A stretch of DNA of 62,199 nucleotides, the filler included, from Globobulimina sp. (lineage: Eukaryota), in assembly GCA_003354225.1 (NCBI GenBank). It is 28 parts of 28 records of this genome, joined end to end, with 100 filler letters (N's around TTAATTAATTAA, not from the genome) between each part and the next. Parts side by side here need not be neighbours in the genome. Positions count along the whole stretch, not along the records: positions 60,077 to 62,199 come from PIVH01008817.1; 27 more parts are not named here. One strand, written 5' to 3'. Shown piece after piece: positions 61,394 through 62,199 of the stretch. Position 1 is the first letter of the stretch; each line of letters starts with the position of its first letter. The position numbers were made by a program, and so were the translations under genes. The notes beneath the pieces are model-generated. The model was not told the DNA's origin. It saw only the letters and a program-made list of their open reading frames with translations, and ran no database searches.

Positions 61394-62199
61394 ATGAAAG
61401 TGATCCTAGCCACCGCAATGTCGAAATTTACGGCAAAGAGTTTCTTTTCGATAACTGCGGTGTCGATGGTTCTATTCCTGCTCTTAAATATAAAGATACA
61501 GACAGTATTAGATGAGGAGAATGGGAGATCACTGAGCAAATTACAAATTGTTTTCGAGTTTCCCTCCCCATTTACCGACGATTCACCGATACACGACGAC
61601 GATACTGACATTATAAGCAATCAAGACAATGATAACCAGGGCAATAATAATATCAACAACAACCTCAATCTAAATATAAATACTAATCATAATCATAAGC
61701 CCAACAACAACGATAATAATAATAATGCCTCAGGAGACATGGTGCCAGCACCACGTACAAATTTCAGCTATCTATTCGATACAGTTCCGCATAATTGTGT
61801 CATGGAACAAGACTGCCATTTGTACCTATCCGATAGCCCACACTTTACGGGCAAAACCATGGTGGTTCTTGGCATGGTCCGTGACTCAGAAAAGGACATA
61901 ATTGCCACCTTGCAACAATTGGATGAGATATCATGCATATTTGATAAAATTGTATTCATTTTTTATGAGTCGAATTCCAAAGATAATACACCGTTTATCT
62001 TACAAGATTGGCGTATGATGTATCTAGACGGCAAACACTGTGACGCTTTTCGGTATAATCCAAACACAAATATCTCAAAAACAGGTGTAATACATATATA
62101 TTTTGTACATATTATACAATGCACGCATGCTATTTCTATACAGCCTTAATTGACGGACATGAACCGACATTGATAAAAAAGATATTATTTCACGATTTC
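61394..62199 (+). CDS. Type II membrane GT-A glycosyltransferase (CAP59/GT69-like); 3' partial
   Basis: N-terminal TM and Asn-rich stem, then VVLGMVRDSE and FIFYESNSKDNT..IL..W. Confidence 0.65.

Overview
This window is not one continuous locus. It joins 28 unrelated contigs of about 2.12 kb, sorted by length (2127 down to 2123 bp), with an artificial 100-nt linker (N44-TTAATTAATTAA-N44). Gene neighbourhood therefore only means something within a contig. The DNA is AT-rich and eukaryotic, uses the standard code, and has short GT-AG introns (mostly about 50-140 nt). The gene families present (MATH, SPRY-like, SAM, RGS, Kelch-TM, PT-repeat surface proteins, ART-like) suggest a heterotrophic protist, probably a foraminiferan or other rhizarian; this is inference. 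Recognisable genes, mostly partial, include a SAM-Rab fusion, a group I truncated hemoglobin, phytol/farnesol kinase, aldo-keto reductase, EDR2_C/DUF1336, PCF11 and a CSRNP-like protein. Others are two ART-fold proteins, a PLS-type PPR, UBR4/BIG-like, hexokinase, a CRT-like transporter, P2X, TIGR02452/bacterial-type PARG, GH3 with an inserted PAN domain, MINDY and a DUSP. The most notable items are: (1) a plant-editing-factor-like PLS PPR array; (2) toxin-like ART-fold genes plus an intron-containing bacterial-type PARG; (3) a 5'-truncated LINE that splits a membrane-protein gene and is fused in frame to it; and (4) a palindromic repeat shared by two contigs, plus other inverted-repeat elements. 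All family calls come from recognising motifs by eye; no searches were run.
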